55,929 nt of DNA from an uncultured Spirochaetaceae bacterium (GTDB lineage: Bacteria > Spirochaetota > Spirochaetia > SZUA-6 > DRHE01): the NCBI GenBank assembly GCA_964520025.1, contig CAZFMD010000001.1, forward strand, positions 1 through 55,929, in the 5' to 3' direction. The notes below the pieces were generated by a model. That model saw nothing but the letters and a program-made list of their open reading frames with translations. It did not search any database and had not been told where the DNA came from. Below, in pieces: positions 16,049 to 25,644 of the stretch. The position numbers were made by a program, and so were the translations under genes. How positions within the stretch are numbered: the first letter of the stretch is position 1; each line of letters starts with the position of its first letter.

Positions 16049-17638
16049 GTGATGAAGGCGTTCCTTGGCATCGATCTTGGAACCACGGGGATTCGGGCTA
16101 CCCTGCTCAGTGAGGGTGGAAAAATCCTGGCCCGATGCAACCGGGGCTACGGCGGCGCTTCGGGACGGATCGACACGACGCGATGGGAGGCGGATGTCTC
16201 TATCTTTCTACGCGCGGTAAAACGAATCGTGAGAGATGTGCTGGAGGCTTCAGGGCTCGGAGCTTCGGCCGTGCAGGGAATGGCGATCAGCGCCATGGCC
16301 CCGGATGCGGTGGCCGTAGACGCCCAAGCCGAAGCGTTGATGCCCTGCATCCTCTGGATGGACCGCAGGGCCGTTTCCGAGGCTGAGGAGGTTCGCCGCA
16401 GCATCGGTGAGGAACGCATTTTCCTGCTCAGCGGCAATCCAATCGATCCCTACTACGGATTGATCAAAACCCTGTGGATCCGTAACAACCTGCCGGACAC
16501 CTATCGCAAGGCGAAGAAAATTCTCAGCCTGAAGGATTGCCTGTTGGGCCGGCTCACGGGAAGGCTGGTCACCGATGTGAGCCACGCCGGGCTGTTCGGG
16601 ATCGCCTACGACATACGGCGCAACTGCTGGGATCAAGGGGTGCTCCGGGAGCTCCAGCTGGATCCGGAAAAGCTCCCCGATCCGCTTTCCGGCGAGCAAA
16701 TCGCCGGATACCTGACGGCCCACGCGTCATCCGAATTGGGACTAACACAGGGGACACCGGTAGCCGTCGGCATGATCGATTCGGCCGCCGGGTATCTGGC
16801 CTGTGGATGCCCGGAGGCCGGGCAGAGCGCCATGACCCTGGGCAGCTCCAGCTGTTGGGGCGTTTACACGCAGACCGACACATGGCCCAGGGGCATGAAC
16901 ATCACCAAGGCCCCATGGAATCCGGCAGGTTACCTCATCAACGCCAGCCTGGCCTCCGGCGGCATGGTGCTGGACTGGCTGCGGAATCTGTTTCATCCGG
17001 GCCGGGCAATCATCCGGGAAACAGCCGCGGGACCGGCCGGCTCATCCGGTGAGGAGATTGATCTGCACGGGGAGCTTGAGGAACAGGCGGCCCGAATCCC
17101 GATCGGCTGCGGCGGGCTTCTCACCCTCCCCCACTTCGTAGGCGAGCGGGCTCCGCTATGGGACCCCCATGCCCGGGGCGTGCTGTTCGGACTGCAACCC
17201 GGCCACGGGCAGGCGGATCTGTACAGATCTGCCATGGAGGGAATCGCCCTCAGCCTGTACAGGAACAAGCTGCTGCTCGAGGAAACGGGTATATTCTTGG
17301 ATCACCGCATTCCCGTGACCGGCGGCTCGGCCCGCAGCCCTTTGCTGCGCCGTATATTGGCCGATGTGCTGGATTTCACAGTGGAATACGTCGGCGATGA
17401 GCGGGGCAGCGACTACGGTGCCGCCTGGCTTGCCGGCCGAGCCGCGGGTATGTTTGCCGATTACGGCACCCTCGGTGACCGCGTGCGGATTGTGGATACC
17501 ATGGAGCCCGATCCTTCTGCTCACAGTCGATACATGCAGATCTACGATGGGGTATACCGGGATCTCTACCCGCGCTTGAAGGCGCTGTACCCGAAGCTTG
17601 CGGCTCCCGGGAGCTCGAACAACAGCCATGGCCGCTGA
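16049..17638 (+). CDS. FGGY-family carbohydrate kinase
   Basis: GIDLGTTGIRA N-terminus and a length of 529 aa. The C-terminal region VTGGSARSPLLRRILADV fits an FGGY_C domain. Start is GTG 16049 or ATG 16052. Confidence 0.85.
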   Translation: MMKAFLGIDLGTTGIRATLLSEGGKILARCNRGYGGASGRIDTTRWEADVSIFLRAVKRIVRDVLEASGLGASAVQGMAISAMAPDAVAVDAQAEALMPCILWMDRRAVSEAEEVRRSIGEERIFLLSGNPIDPYYGLIKTLWIRNNLPDTYRKAKKILSLKDCLLGRLTGRLVTDVSHAGLFGIAYDIRRNCWDQGVLRELQLDPEKLPDPLSGEQIAGYLTAHASSELGLTQGTPVAVGMIDSAAGYLACGCPEAGQSAMTLGSSSCWGVYTQTDTWPRGMNITKAPWNPAGYLINASLASGGMVLDWLRNLFHPGRAIIRETAAGPAGSSGEEIDLHGELEEQAARIPIGCGGLLTLPHFVGERAPLWDPHARGVLFGLQPGHGQADLYRSAMEGIALSLYRNKLLLEETGIFLDHRIPVTGGSARSPLLRRILADVLDFTVEYVGDERGSDYGAAWLAGRAAGMFADYGTLGDRVRIVDTMEPDPSAHSRYMQIYDGVYRDLYPRLKALYPKLAAPGSSNNSHGR

Positions 17639-17676
17639 CTATCCGCAGCCGGACGCGTAGACATGAGAGACAGTGT

Positions 17677-18636
17677 ATGAAAGTGCTGATAACGGATATG
17701 CGACACGGCTCGATCCAGGAGGAGAGAGCGATCCTGGAACCGGCGGGGGTCACCATCGAAACCGCCTTCTGCCGCACCGAGGAGCAGCTGATCCTACGCG
17801 GACAGGGAGCCTTCGCCTTTCTTGTGTCCTTTGCCCCGGTTACCCGGAGAGTCATGGAATCGCTTCCCCAGCTGAAGCTCATCGTACGCTACGGAGTGGG
17901 GGTAGACAATGTCGACTTGGCTGCTGCCCGGGAGATGGGGATAAGGGTTGCCCGCGTCCCGGATTACTGCGTCGATGAGGTTGCCGCCCACTCCTTGGCG
18001 TTGATTCTGGCGGGCCTGCGGATGCTCTTCCCCCTGAGTCGGGCGGCCAAGAACGGCAACTGGATCGAAGATCCATCCTCGGAGAAGCTGCGGCGCCTTG
18101 CATCCCTCACGGCGGGCATCGTGGGATTGGGGCGGGTCGGCCGACGGCTTGCCGAGCACCTGCATCCGCTGGCGGCCGGGCTTTTGTTCTACGATCCTTA
18201 TGTACCCGCCTCCGAAGTGTTGGGCAGAAACTGGGAATCGGCAGCCTCACTTTCCGAGCTTTTCCACCGCTGTCAGATCGTCTCCCTCCACGCTCCCCTG
18301 AACGAACAAACCCACGATCTCATCGACACCCGGGTACTGGCTGAGGCAAGAGACCTGATTCTGGTCAACACGAGCCGGGCTGATCTGATAAACCGCCAAG
18401 CCCTGGAATCGGCTATGGAGGAAGGACGGATCTCGTTTTTCGGGGCAGACGTATTCTGGCAGGAACCTCCCGACTACTCGGACCCCAGAACCGTGGAGTT
18501 CCTGAAGCGCAGGAATACTCTGATCACTCCCCACATGGCCTGGTACAGCGAGGAGAGCGAGAGGGAGGTGCGGCGTAAAGCCGCCGAAGAGGTTCTACGC
18601 TTTCTGCAGGGCAGGCAGCTCCTGCATCCGGTGTAG
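17677..18636 (+). CDS. D-isomer-specific 2-hydroxyacid dehydrogenase
   Basis: NAD motif GIVGLGRVGRRLA and catalytic His context ITPHMAW. Confidence 0.85.
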   Translation: MKVLITDMRHGSIQEERAILEPAGVTIETAFCRTEEQLILRGQGAFAFLVSFAPVTRRVMESLPQLKLIVRYGVGVDNVDLAAAREMGIRVARVPDYCVDEVAAHSLALILAGLRMLFPLSRAAKNGNWIEDPSSEKLRRLASLTAGIVGLGRVGRRLAEHLHPLAAGLLFYDPYVPASEVLGRNWESAASLSELFHRCQIVSLHAPLNEQTHDLIDTRVLAEARDLILVNTSRADLINRQALESAMEEGRISFFGADVFWQEPPDYSDPRTVEFLKRRNTLITPHMAWYSEESEREVRRKAAEEVLRFLQGRQLLHPV

Positions 18637-18639
18637 ATC

Positions 18640-19548
18640 TTATCCCTCCGCCGCGTCGAACTCTCTGAGGATCGCCGCCACTTCATTGATCTGTTCATCA
18701 CTCAGGCTCTGGCTGTATTGACGCATCCAGCGGCTGCCCCGGCCGGCCAACTCGGCTGCCGCCTTGGCAGCGGCGATGGAATTCCCGCATAAACGGATGA
18801 TACCGTACAGGACGTTGATCCGGGCCTGACAGGCTCGTACCGTCTGCCAATCCTCCTCCCGCGCCGCTTGATAGATGCGGAGGTACGGTTCGATGCGGGC
18901 GTTGCCCAATCCGGTAACGATACCGTGGCAACCGGTCATCAGAGACGGCCCGTCCAGATAATCCTCCCCCTGGATCCAGATAAATCCTTCAGGGCTTTCG
19001 CCCAACACGCCCCGGCTGAAATCGAGGAAATTACCGGTGGAATCTTTTATCCCGACGATGTTCTTCTCCTGGGCCAGCTGGAGCACCGTTTCCAGGGCCA
19101 CGGGATTGTGGGTATTTCCCGGAATGTTGTAGAGGATCAGCGGGGCCGGGGCTGCTGCTGCTACTCGGCGGAAGTGTTGCAGGATATCCTGCTGCCGCAT
19201 GGCCAGGTAGTACGGCGTCACCGCGACAACGTAGTCCGGTTCTGTCGCCTCCAGGGCACGCATCTGCTCCAGCACGGCGGTGGTGGAAGGCCGGATGTAA
19301 GCGGCGCAGAGAAACTGGTCCGCCTTGATCACTTGACGTACAACCTTGAAGATCTCCCCCTTCTCCTCCGTGCTCAGGTACGCACCCTCGGCCGTGGTAC
19401 CGCCGACAAAAAATCCATGCACCCCCGCCTCCGACAGATAGGCGGCCTGCTTTTCGAGGAGATCGAAGTCGATCTTCCCCTGCTCATCCATCGGGCTGAT
19501 GATCGCCGGGATCACACCTTTTAACCGCGGTTTTTCTTTGGCTGTCAT
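18640..19548 (-). CDS. DapA/NanA-family class I aldolase, paralogue 1
   Basis: 302 aa with GGTTAEG, LILYNIPGN (Tyr) and VGIKDSTG (Schiff-base Lys). Confidence 0.85.
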   Translation of the reverse strand: MTAKEKPRLKGVIPAIISPMDEQGKIDFDLLEKQAAYLSEAGVHGFFVGGTTAEGAYLSTEEKGEIFKVVRQVIKADQFLCAAYIRPSTTAVLEQMRALEATEPDYVVAVTPYYLAMRQQDILQHFRRVAAAAPAPLILYNIPGNTHNPVALETVLQLAQEKNIVGIKDSTGNFLDFSRGVLGESPEGFIWIQGEDYLDGPSLMTGCHGIVTGLGNARIEPYLRIYQAAREEDWQTVRACQARINVLYGIIRLCGNSIAAAKAAAELAGRGSRWMRQYSQSLSDEQINEVAAILREFDAAEG

Positions 19549-19563
19549 ATCTTCACCTCTGTT

Positions 19564-20652
19564 CTATTCCCTGTTTCCGATATCCGCGCATATATCGAGC
19601 AAAGCCCGGACGCGCTCATCCGGGGTGGAAGCCTCGATGTCCGCCATCACCAGGTCGCAGGGCCCCAGATCGTCGTAGATCTTCTGCATGTCCCTCCGGA
19701 TCTCCTCTATCTCTGCCTCCTGGAGCTTGACCGGGGAGTAAAGAACCGCCCGATAGGTATCGGGAAAAGTCTCCCGCACCCGGCGCATATCGCTCATCAT
19801 CCCCATATCGAGGTAGCCGAGCTTGGGCAGCTCCGTTAGCACTTCGATATACGGGGTCACATCCCAGTTGCAGGTGTGTACCCCGAAGCGTTCGAAATTC
19901 CCGGCGATTTTCGCATCTAAGGGTCGGACGAACTCAGCATAACTTCCAGGGGAGATCATATTCATCACGCAGTTGCTCACGCTGAATTGATCGACCGGGA
20001 ACCCCGAAGCCCGCTGCCGCTCCTGGATCTTGCGGGCCAGTCCGATCATCACCTCCGTGATCACCGAAAAGAAATGCCGCACCAGATCCGGCTTGTCGAA
20101 CATATCGAGGAAGATTTCCTGACCCCTCAGGTTGAAGGCGTTGTTCAGCACCCCCTGCCAGTTCAGGTAGCCGTGGACCACTCCCCACTGCCGCTCGATG
20201 ATGTCCATCTGCCGGAAGATATCCTCCACCACGGGGCTGTTCAGCACTCGATCCGTCTCAAGGGTTTCGATCTGCTCCAGGGAGAACCTACGCTCCGGAT
20301 CCAGAGCGGGCCAGCGATCCTCCCCGTAGACCAGGGGAATGCCGAAGGCATGGGGGATCGGGTAGGCCCCGTAGACTCCGGAGATCGTGGCCAGATCCTG
20401 ATCGTTGTCCGGATCCCAGTACGGTACGGACGGGAAGGCTCGATGAAGCTCCGCCTTCATCGCCTTCAGGGTTCCGTGGCGGTACCCCGGATCCCGGTGC
20501 CAGCGGTCGGAAAAGCTCACCTCGCAGCGCCGGGTGAACCAACCCGGCACAAAGCCCAGAGATACCCGGAAGGGCGGCTCCGTGCCGTCCGCGGGCTCCC
20601 GCCGAGCCGGAGAAGCGATGGGAATGTGATTGCGTAACTTCGCAATACTCAC
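19564..20652 (-). CDS. URO-D/MtaA-like TIM-barrel protein (tentative), function unknown
   Basis: 362 aa. FGVHTCNWDVTPYIEVL...LGYLDMG is similar in layout to URO-D-family C-termini. The assignment is tentative. Confidence 0.45.
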   Translation of the reverse strand: MSIAKLRNHIPIASPARREPADGTEPPFRVSLGFVPGWFTRRCEVSFSDRWHRDPGYRHGTLKAMKAELHRAFPSVPYWDPDNDQDLATISGVYGAYPIPHAFGIPLVYGEDRWPALDPERRFSLEQIETLETDRVLNSPVVEDIFRQMDIIERQWGVVHGYLNWQGVLNNAFNLRGQEIFLDMFDKPDLVRHFFSVITEVMIGLARKIQERQRASGFPVDQFSVSNCVMNMISPGSYAEFVRPLDAKIAGNFERFGVHTCNWDVTPYIEVLTELPKLGYLDMGMMSDMRRVRETFPDTYRAVLYSPVKLQEAEIEEIRRDMQKIYDDLGPCDLVMADIEASTPDERVRALLDICADIGNRE

Positions 20653-20653
20653 T

Positions 20654-21820
20654 TCAACCTTCTCTCAAAACCCCGTTCTCATAAATACCGTGAGCATCGG
20701 CGGCCCCCCGCAAGGCCAGCAGGTTTTCCTTGACAGCGTCCCTGGGAACCACGCAGCCGGATCCGAGAACGTATCCACCATGCGCACCGGCCTGGTGCAT
20801 ACAGGTAATGGATTCTTCGACTATTCTCTCAGGTGTGCCGTCCAAGAACGTCAGGGTGTTGACCCCTCCCATCAGCGAAACCGCATCCCCCACCCGCTCT
20901 CGTACCTGGGCGGGGGTGAAGTTGCCCAGAGGGTCCAAGGGGCCGATGCAGTCCAGTCCCGTTTCCACCAGGTCCTCGGCAATCGGCAGGATGTTGCCGC
21001 AGATGTGGCAGTAGATGCGCACCTCAGGATCGTAGGCGTGCAGGGCGTCGCAGACCTCCTTCATGTGGGGAAATACAAACTCTCTCCAGTGTTCCGGAGA
21101 AATAACGCTCATGTTCCCCACCGAGTCATTCAAGCGCAGAACCTTCAATCCAAGATCGATGTTGAACTTCCCCTTCTCGATGGAGATGGCCGCACCCTTC
21201 TCCATGACCGCATGGATCAGCTCCGGCTCTTCGATCAGATCGAAGAGGGCCCGGTTCATGCCCCTCATGGTGACCAGGAAAGCCATGGTAGCCGCGTCGC
21301 AGTCTCCGATGAAGCACAACCGATCGCCAAACTCGGCAAAGACCTTTCGCTGCCGATCCCCGCATCCCAGCTCCTCGTACAGATGCTTCTCCGGTACCGC
21401 AATACGCCGGGCATCCTGCCGGCTTTTCACAAAGGGTTCGTCCGCACTCCAATAGTGGTTAAAGGCCATATTGAGCGGTTCTTGTACGGTGAAGCTCTCA
21501 ACATCATACAGATGCGTCATCAAGCCGCCCTGCATGTCGATCTCTCCCAAAGCTTCTCCCCGGCGATCGACCTCGAATACCCGATCTCCCTGCTTCCGGA
21601 TGCGGCGTTGAGGAAAGTGAAACTGGCGGACCGCATCGACTCCGCACAAAAGACCTGCTTCGGCAATTATCCTGAGCGCCGCCAGAGGATCCGTTATGAT
21701 CTTGGTCGGTTCGGTCCCGAGCAGCCGGGAGGCCAGATCGACCCAGATCTTGGGAACCACCGGCACCCTGTCCGGGACCTCTCCGTTGATTGCTGCGTAC
21801 AGCCTTGTGCGTACATTCAC
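20654..21820 (-). CDS. Uroporphyrinogen-decarboxylase (URO-D) family protein, non-haem context
   Basis: Contains RLYAAINGEVPDRVPV and YCHICGNILPIAEDLVETGLDCIGPLDPLG. I prefer GTG 21820, 8 nt after the dctM stop. The ORF-track ATG 21925 would overlap dctM by 97 nt. Confidence 0.7.
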   Translation of the reverse strand: MNVRTRLYAAINGEVPDRVPVVPKIWVDLASRLLGTEPTKIITDPLAALRIIAEAGLLCGVDAVRQFHFPQRRIRKQGDRVFEVDRRGEALGEIDMQGGLMTHLYDVESFTVQEPLNMAFNHYWSADEPFVKSRQDARRIAVPEKHLYEELGCGDRQRKVFAEFGDRLCFIGDCDAATMAFLVTMRGMNRALFDLIEEPELIHAVMEKGAAISIEKGKFNIDLGLKVLRLNDSVGNMSVISPEHWREFVFPHMKEVCDALHAYDPEVRIYCHICGNILPIAEDLVETGLDCIGPLDPLGNFTPAQVRERVGDAVSLMGGVNTLTFLDGTPERIVEESITCMHQAGAHGGYVLGSGCVVPRDAVKENLLALRGAADAHGIYENGVLREG

Positions 21821-21828
21821 CGTACTTG

Positions 21829-23124
21829 CTACTGCCCAAATGTTCTCGGGATAAACAGGACAATTTCCGGAACATAGGTGACCAGAAATAGAACACCGAT
21901 CAACACGACGGTCATGGGCAGGCATTCCCGGATCACATCCTTCAGGGGAGTGCCGGAAATACCGGCCACGATAAACAGAAGCACCCCGAAGGGAGGAGTG
22001 GACAGGCCGATCATCATATTCAGAACGATCAAAACCCCGAAATGAACCAAATCGATACCCAGGGCCTGCACCAGCGGAAGAACCATGGGAATGAACACCA
22101 GGGTGATGGCCATCGTGTCTATGAACATTCCCAAGATGATGAAGAGGATATTGATGATCAGGAGCAGGACGTACTTGTTCCCGGTGATGTTCAACAGAAA
22201 ACCGGCGAACACGTCCGGGATGTGCTCGATAGCCACGATGTAGGAGAAGGTGTAGGCCGCCCCGACTATGATCGCCAGCGTACCTGTAGTTTTGGCCGTT
22301 TCAAAGATGATGGTCAGCAGCTGCTTGAGGCCCAACACCCGATAGACAAAAAAAGCGATGAGAAGAGCCCAGGTCCCTGCCAGGGCACCGGCTTCGGTGG
22401 GCGTGACGATTCCGGTGTAGATGCCGCCGAGAAGGATCACCGGCGTGAGGAGAGCGGGAAAGGCGATCGCCGTGTTACGCACGAAGATCTTGAAAGGATA
22501 CTTCTCCCCCTTGGGATACTTCCGCTTCGTGGCGATGATGCCGATGTAGGTCATCAGTGCAATGGCCATCAGAACACCCGGTACCATCCCGCCCATGAAA
22601 AGCGCTCCGATGGAGGCTCCGGAGAGCATGGCGTAGAAAACCATTGGAATACTGGGAGGGAAGATGGGACCGATCGTGGCCGATGCCGCGGTGACCCCGC
22701 AGCTGAAGGCGTCATCGTAGCCGTGCTGGCGCATGGCCTCGATCTCCATGATCCCCAAGCCCGAGGCATCGGCCACCGCCGAACCGGTCATACCGGAAAA
22801 GATCAGGGAGGCTACGACATTGACGTGCCCCATGCCGCCCCGCCATCTGCCTACCAGGGTATTGGCAAATTTGAAAATCATCTCCGTCACCTTGCCGGTG
22901 TTCATCACCTTGGCGGCGAATACGAACAGGGGCACGGCCAGGAGGATGAACTTCACGTTCATATTGGAGAGAAACTGGTTGGCTGCCATGCCGATCCCCG
23001 TGGCCGGGCCCGGCGCCAGGGTAAAGTAGAATATCGAGCTCATGATCATGCCCAGGGCGATGGGTATGCGCAGCACGAAGGTCAGGATGAAACAGGCAAA
23101 AAACACAAGTAGAGGCCAGTTCAT
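21829..23124 (-). CDS. dctM: TRAP transporter large permease
   Basis: 431 aa, polytopic, with a typical DctM pattern (FSGMTGSAVAD, GIDLVHFGVL). Confidence 0.9.
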   Translation of the reverse strand: MNWPLLVFFACFILTFVLRIPIALGMIMSSIFYFTLAPGPATGIGMAANQFLSNMNVKFILLAVPLFVFAAKVMNTGKVTEMIFKFANTLVGRWRGGMGHVNVVASLIFSGMTGSAVADASGLGIMEIEAMRQHGYDDAFSCGVTAASATIGPIFPPSIPMVFYAMLSGASIGALFMGGMVPGVLMAIALMTYIGIIATKRKYPKGEKYPFKIFVRNTAIAFPALLTPVILLGGIYTGIVTPTEAGALAGTWALLIAFFVYRVLGLKQLLTIIFETAKTTGTLAIIVGAAYTFSYIVAIEHIPDVFAGFLLNITGNKYVLLLIINILFIILGMFIDTMAITLVFIPMVLPLVQALGIDLVHFGVLIVLNMMIGLSTPPFGVLLFIVAGISGTPLKDVIRECLPMTVVLIGVLFLVTYVPEIVLFIPRTFGQ

Positions 23125-23125
23125 G

Positions 23126-23620
23126 TTACGCCTCCCCCCTGAAAAGCTTTTTCAAGTCGACCACCAGGTCGTAGATCAATCGCCCGATCATGATCACCAG
23201 GAAGAAGACATAGGGCGAAAAGGCGATATTCATGGGGACCTTGAGCACGTCCGAAACCTTGAATCCCATGAAGCTCACGTACTTGTAGGAGGGATACAGG
23301 GAGACGGCAAAGGCCACAGCCAGGAGAAGGTTCCCGGCGATCCTCATCATCAACTGGCTTCTTGGTTTGACCCTGTCGTAGACCAGGGAAAAAACGACGT
23401 GGGATTTGTCGCGATAGGCATAGCAGGCTCCAAACAGCGTCGTCCAGATAAAAGCCATCAGGGTGAACTCGAGCGGCCAGGTGAGAGGTACGATGAAATA
23501 GCGGAAAAAGACCTGGATCATGAAGACCACAAACATGGCGAAAAAAGCGAAGCCCGGCACGTAGATCTCGGTAAAATCGAGAATGAACGAGCCCACTCGT
23601 TTCAAGATCTCTTTTCTCAT
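23126..23620 (-). CDS. dctQ: TRAP transporter small permease
   Basis: 164 aa with 4 TM segments, located directly upstream of dctM with a 1-nt gap. Confidence 0.85.
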   Translation of the reverse strand: MRKEILKRVGSFILDFTEIYVPGFAFFAMFVVFMIQVFFRYFIVPLTWPLEFTLMAFIWTTLFGACYAYRDKSHVVFSLVYDRVKPRSQLMMRIAGNLLLAVAFAVSLYPSYKYVSFMGFKVSDVLKVPMNIAFSPYVFFLVIMIGRLIYDLVVDLKKLFRGEA

Positions 23621-23640
23621 ATCATCTCCGGTATGTCGAA

Positions 23641-23668
23641 GGACCCCATCGCGAAAACGATGGGGCCC
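23641..23668 (-). other. Intercistronic RNA stem-loop between dctP and dctQ
   Basis: The minus-strand RNA GGGCCCCAUCG-UUUUCG-CGAUGGGGUCC forms an 11-bp stem. Its single irregular pair is G.U on the minus RNA but an A/C mismatch on the plus RNA, so the structure is specific to the coding strand. Confidence 0.55.
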
Positions 23669-23704
23669 ATTCGTTTTTCTGCAAGGATTTTACGAGAATC
23701 CGAT

Positions 23705-24751
23705 TTACTTCATAGCCTGGATTTTGTCGTACAGCGCCATGTCCCAGTCTTTGGAGATATCCTTGCTCTCCGTCAGGTAGGAGTTCTTGGCGTACTCGGC
23801 AAAGGCCGCCCTGTCTGGATCCTCGATAACGATCATCCCCTCTCCTTTGAAGAAATCGACGAGCTCAGCCTCCGCCTTCAGATTCTGATCGGCGCAGGCC
23901 TGCCTGGCCTTGTCGATGGCCTTCATGACCAGTTCCTGATCCTCCGAAGTGAGGGACTGCCACTTCCTCTCGTTCATCGTGGGCCACACGGCATTGACCA
24001 CATGGTCTGTGAGAACGATGTACTTGGTGACCTCGTAGAACTTGGCGTTCAGGTCGGTGGGAAGCGGATTGTCCTGTCCTTCAATGGTGCCGGTTTTGAG
24101 GCCCATATAGACCTCTCCGAAGCTCATGGGGGTGGGGTTGCCGCCCAGGGCTTTGCCCAGAGCGATCCAGGCCGGGCTGGTCGGGGTTCTCAGCTTGACG
24201 CCCTTCATCTCATCGGGATGCCGTACCGGTCCCACCTTCTCTACCAGGTTCAGCTGCCGGGTTCCCAGATAGAAAGCCGCAAGGGGCCGTACGCCTGTTT
24301 TTTGGGCCACGTCGTCGAAGATCTGCTTGCCGATCTCGCCGTTGAGCACGCTGTTCATGTGGTCGTAGCCGCTGAAGGTATACACCGCGCCCAGCATGGA
24401 CAGATACGGCACGAACTCGGCCAGCCAGTTGGCGCTGAAGTAGGCCATGTCCAGGCTGCCTTCGCGGCAGGCGGCCAGCTCCCCCTCCTGGGTGAAGATC
24501 GCGCCCGAGGTGTAGAGCTCTACTGTGATCCGGTTGTCCGACAACTTCTCCAGCTCGGTCTTGAAAACCCACATGGCCTTGGTGTGAGCATCCGCCGGCA
24601 CGCTGATGGAAGACCAGGTGAGCTTAACCGGTTTGGCAACCAGCTCCGGGACCGGTTCGGGGGGAGCCGGCTTCTCGCCGCCGCCGCCGGCAAAGGCAAA
24701 GGGCACCACCAGTGCAAATACCAGAAGCAGGATGAGGATTTTGCTTTTCAT
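23705..24751 (-). CDS. dctP: TRAP transporter substrate-binding protein
   Basis: 348 aa with a signal peptide, AAGGAGG upstream, and a typical DctP pattern (RTPTSP, TGTIEGQDNPL). Confidence 0.9.
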   Translation of the reverse strand: MKSKILILLLVFALVVPFAFAGGGGEKPAPPEPVPELVAKPVKLTWSSISVPADAHTKAMWVFKTELEKLSDNRITVELYTSGAIFTQEGELAACREGSLDMAYFSANWLAEFVPYLSMLGAVYTFSGYDHMNSVLNGEIGKQIFDDVAQKTGVRPLAAFYLGTRQLNLVEKVGPVRHPDEMKGVKLRTPTSPAWIALGKALGGNPTPMSFGEVYMGLKTGTIEGQDNPLPTDLNAKFYEVTKYIVLTDHVVNAVWPTMNERKWQSLTSEDQELVMKAIDKARQACADQNLKAEAELVDFFKGEGMIVIEDPDRAAFAEYAKNSYLTESKDISKDWDMALYDKIQAMK

Positions 24752-24783
24752 GAAAGCACCTCCTTACATAGAGTTTTTTATTG

Positions 24784-25548
24784 CTATACCCTTGGCTCTG
24801 AGGGTTTATAGCCCAACCTTCTCGATATCTCCGCGGCCCTCTCCATGACCGGCGGAGCAATTTCCTCAATCCTGGCCGGAGTTATCCTCTGCGACGGTCC
24901 GGATACGCTGATGGAGGCGACAACCTGTCCCGTGTGATTTCGCACGGGAGCGCCCACGCAGCACACCCCCTCCTCGTGTTCCATTGCGTCGGTGGCAAAT
25001 CCGCAGTCTCTGATCTTGCGAACCTCTGCGTTCAGCCGCTCCCGGTCGGTAATTGTGTTTTGGGTGAATCTGGGAAGGCCCATGCTCCGAATGATCTCCT
25101 CCACCTCCCCGTCATCCAGGCAGGCAAGGATCGCCTTGCCCACTGCGGTACAGTGCAGTGGAGCCCGTATACCGATAACCGAATAGGTTCTCAGCTGTTT
25201 TGTTGATTCAAAACACTCGATATAAAGAACCTCTTTTCGGTCCAGAACCGTCAAATGAACCGTTTCGTCGAACTGCTCGTGGAGGCTCCTCAGGCTCGGG
25301 ATGGCTACTTTGCTGATTTCCAGGTTTGCCTGGGCCTGCTTGCCCAATTCGAACAGCTTCAATCCCAGAGAGTATTTGTTGCGGTCGCTATCCTTCTCCA
25401 AAATACCGGTTGCCAAGAGGGTGGAAGTGATTTCGTGAACGCTGCTCTTGGGAAAGCTCAAAGTCGTGCTGATTTCCGTAACGCTCTTCTCGCCTTCGCT
25501 ACTGAGAACGTCTAGAATTTTCACTGCACGATACACAGATTTGACCAT
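24784..25548 (-). CDS. IclR-family transcriptional regulator
   Basis: wHTH region VKSVYRAVKILDVL...SVTEISTTLSFPKSSVHEITSTL plus an IclR effector domain. I prefer ATG 25548; the ORF-track start 25569 is a GTG. Confidence 0.85.
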   Translation of the reverse strand: MVKSVYRAVKILDVLSSEGEKSVTEISTTLSFPKSSVHEITSTLLATGILEKDSDRNKYSLGLKLFELGKQAQANLEISKVAIPSLRSLHEQFDETVHLTVLDRKEVLYIECFESTKQLRTYSVIGIRAPLHCTAVGKAILACLDDGEVEEIIRSMGLPRFTQNTITDRERLNAEVRKIRDCGFATDAMEHEEGVCCVGAPVRNHTGQVVASISVSGPSQRITPARIEEIAPPVMERAAEISRRLGYKPSEPRV

Positions 25549-25587
25549 TTTGTTCAGAATACCGAACACGGTTCGCTATTCTGAAAT

Positions 25588-25616
25588 ATTTTAACAGACC
25601 TCTTCTCGATTGTCAA
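25588..25616 (-). promoter_or_regulatory. Strong sigma-70-type promoter for iclR and the TRAP operon (TTGACA-17-TAAAAT)
   Basis: The reverse complement of 25588-25616 reads TTGACA atcgagaagaggtctgt TAAAAT, and lies 40-68 nt upstream of ATG 25548. Confidence 0.6.
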
Positions 25617-25642
25617 CGGTTAACCGCAGCGGTTAACCGCAG
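25617..25642. repeat. Tandem 13-mer (CGGTTAACCGCAG x2) containing two perfect 10-bp palindromes CGGTTAACCG
   Basis: The copies at 25617-25629 and 25630-25642 are identical. The pair sits between the upstream DapA-family stop (25645) and the iclR -35. As RNA the two palindromes can pair with each other (10-bp stem, 3-nt loop). Confidence 0.85.
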
Positions 25643-25644
25643 CA

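Noticed and set aside
20654-21925. Long form of the URO-D-family ORF starting at ATG 21925
   Set aside because: It would overlap the dctM coding end by 97 nt. The extra N-terminal 35 aa (MPAHDRRVDRCSISGHLCSG...) look non-protein-like. GTG 21820, just after the dctM stop, gives a family-typical N-terminus.
23042-24811. 589-aa plus-strand ORF
   Set aside because: It spans the antisense of the dctM end, dctQ, the intercistronic hairpin and dctP. No single real gene would cover three well-supported opposite-strand genes.
25617-25642. Possible CRISPR or other repeat array
   Set aside because: There are only two directly abutting 13-nt units with no spacers and no cas genes. I interpret it as a hairpin or operator instead.
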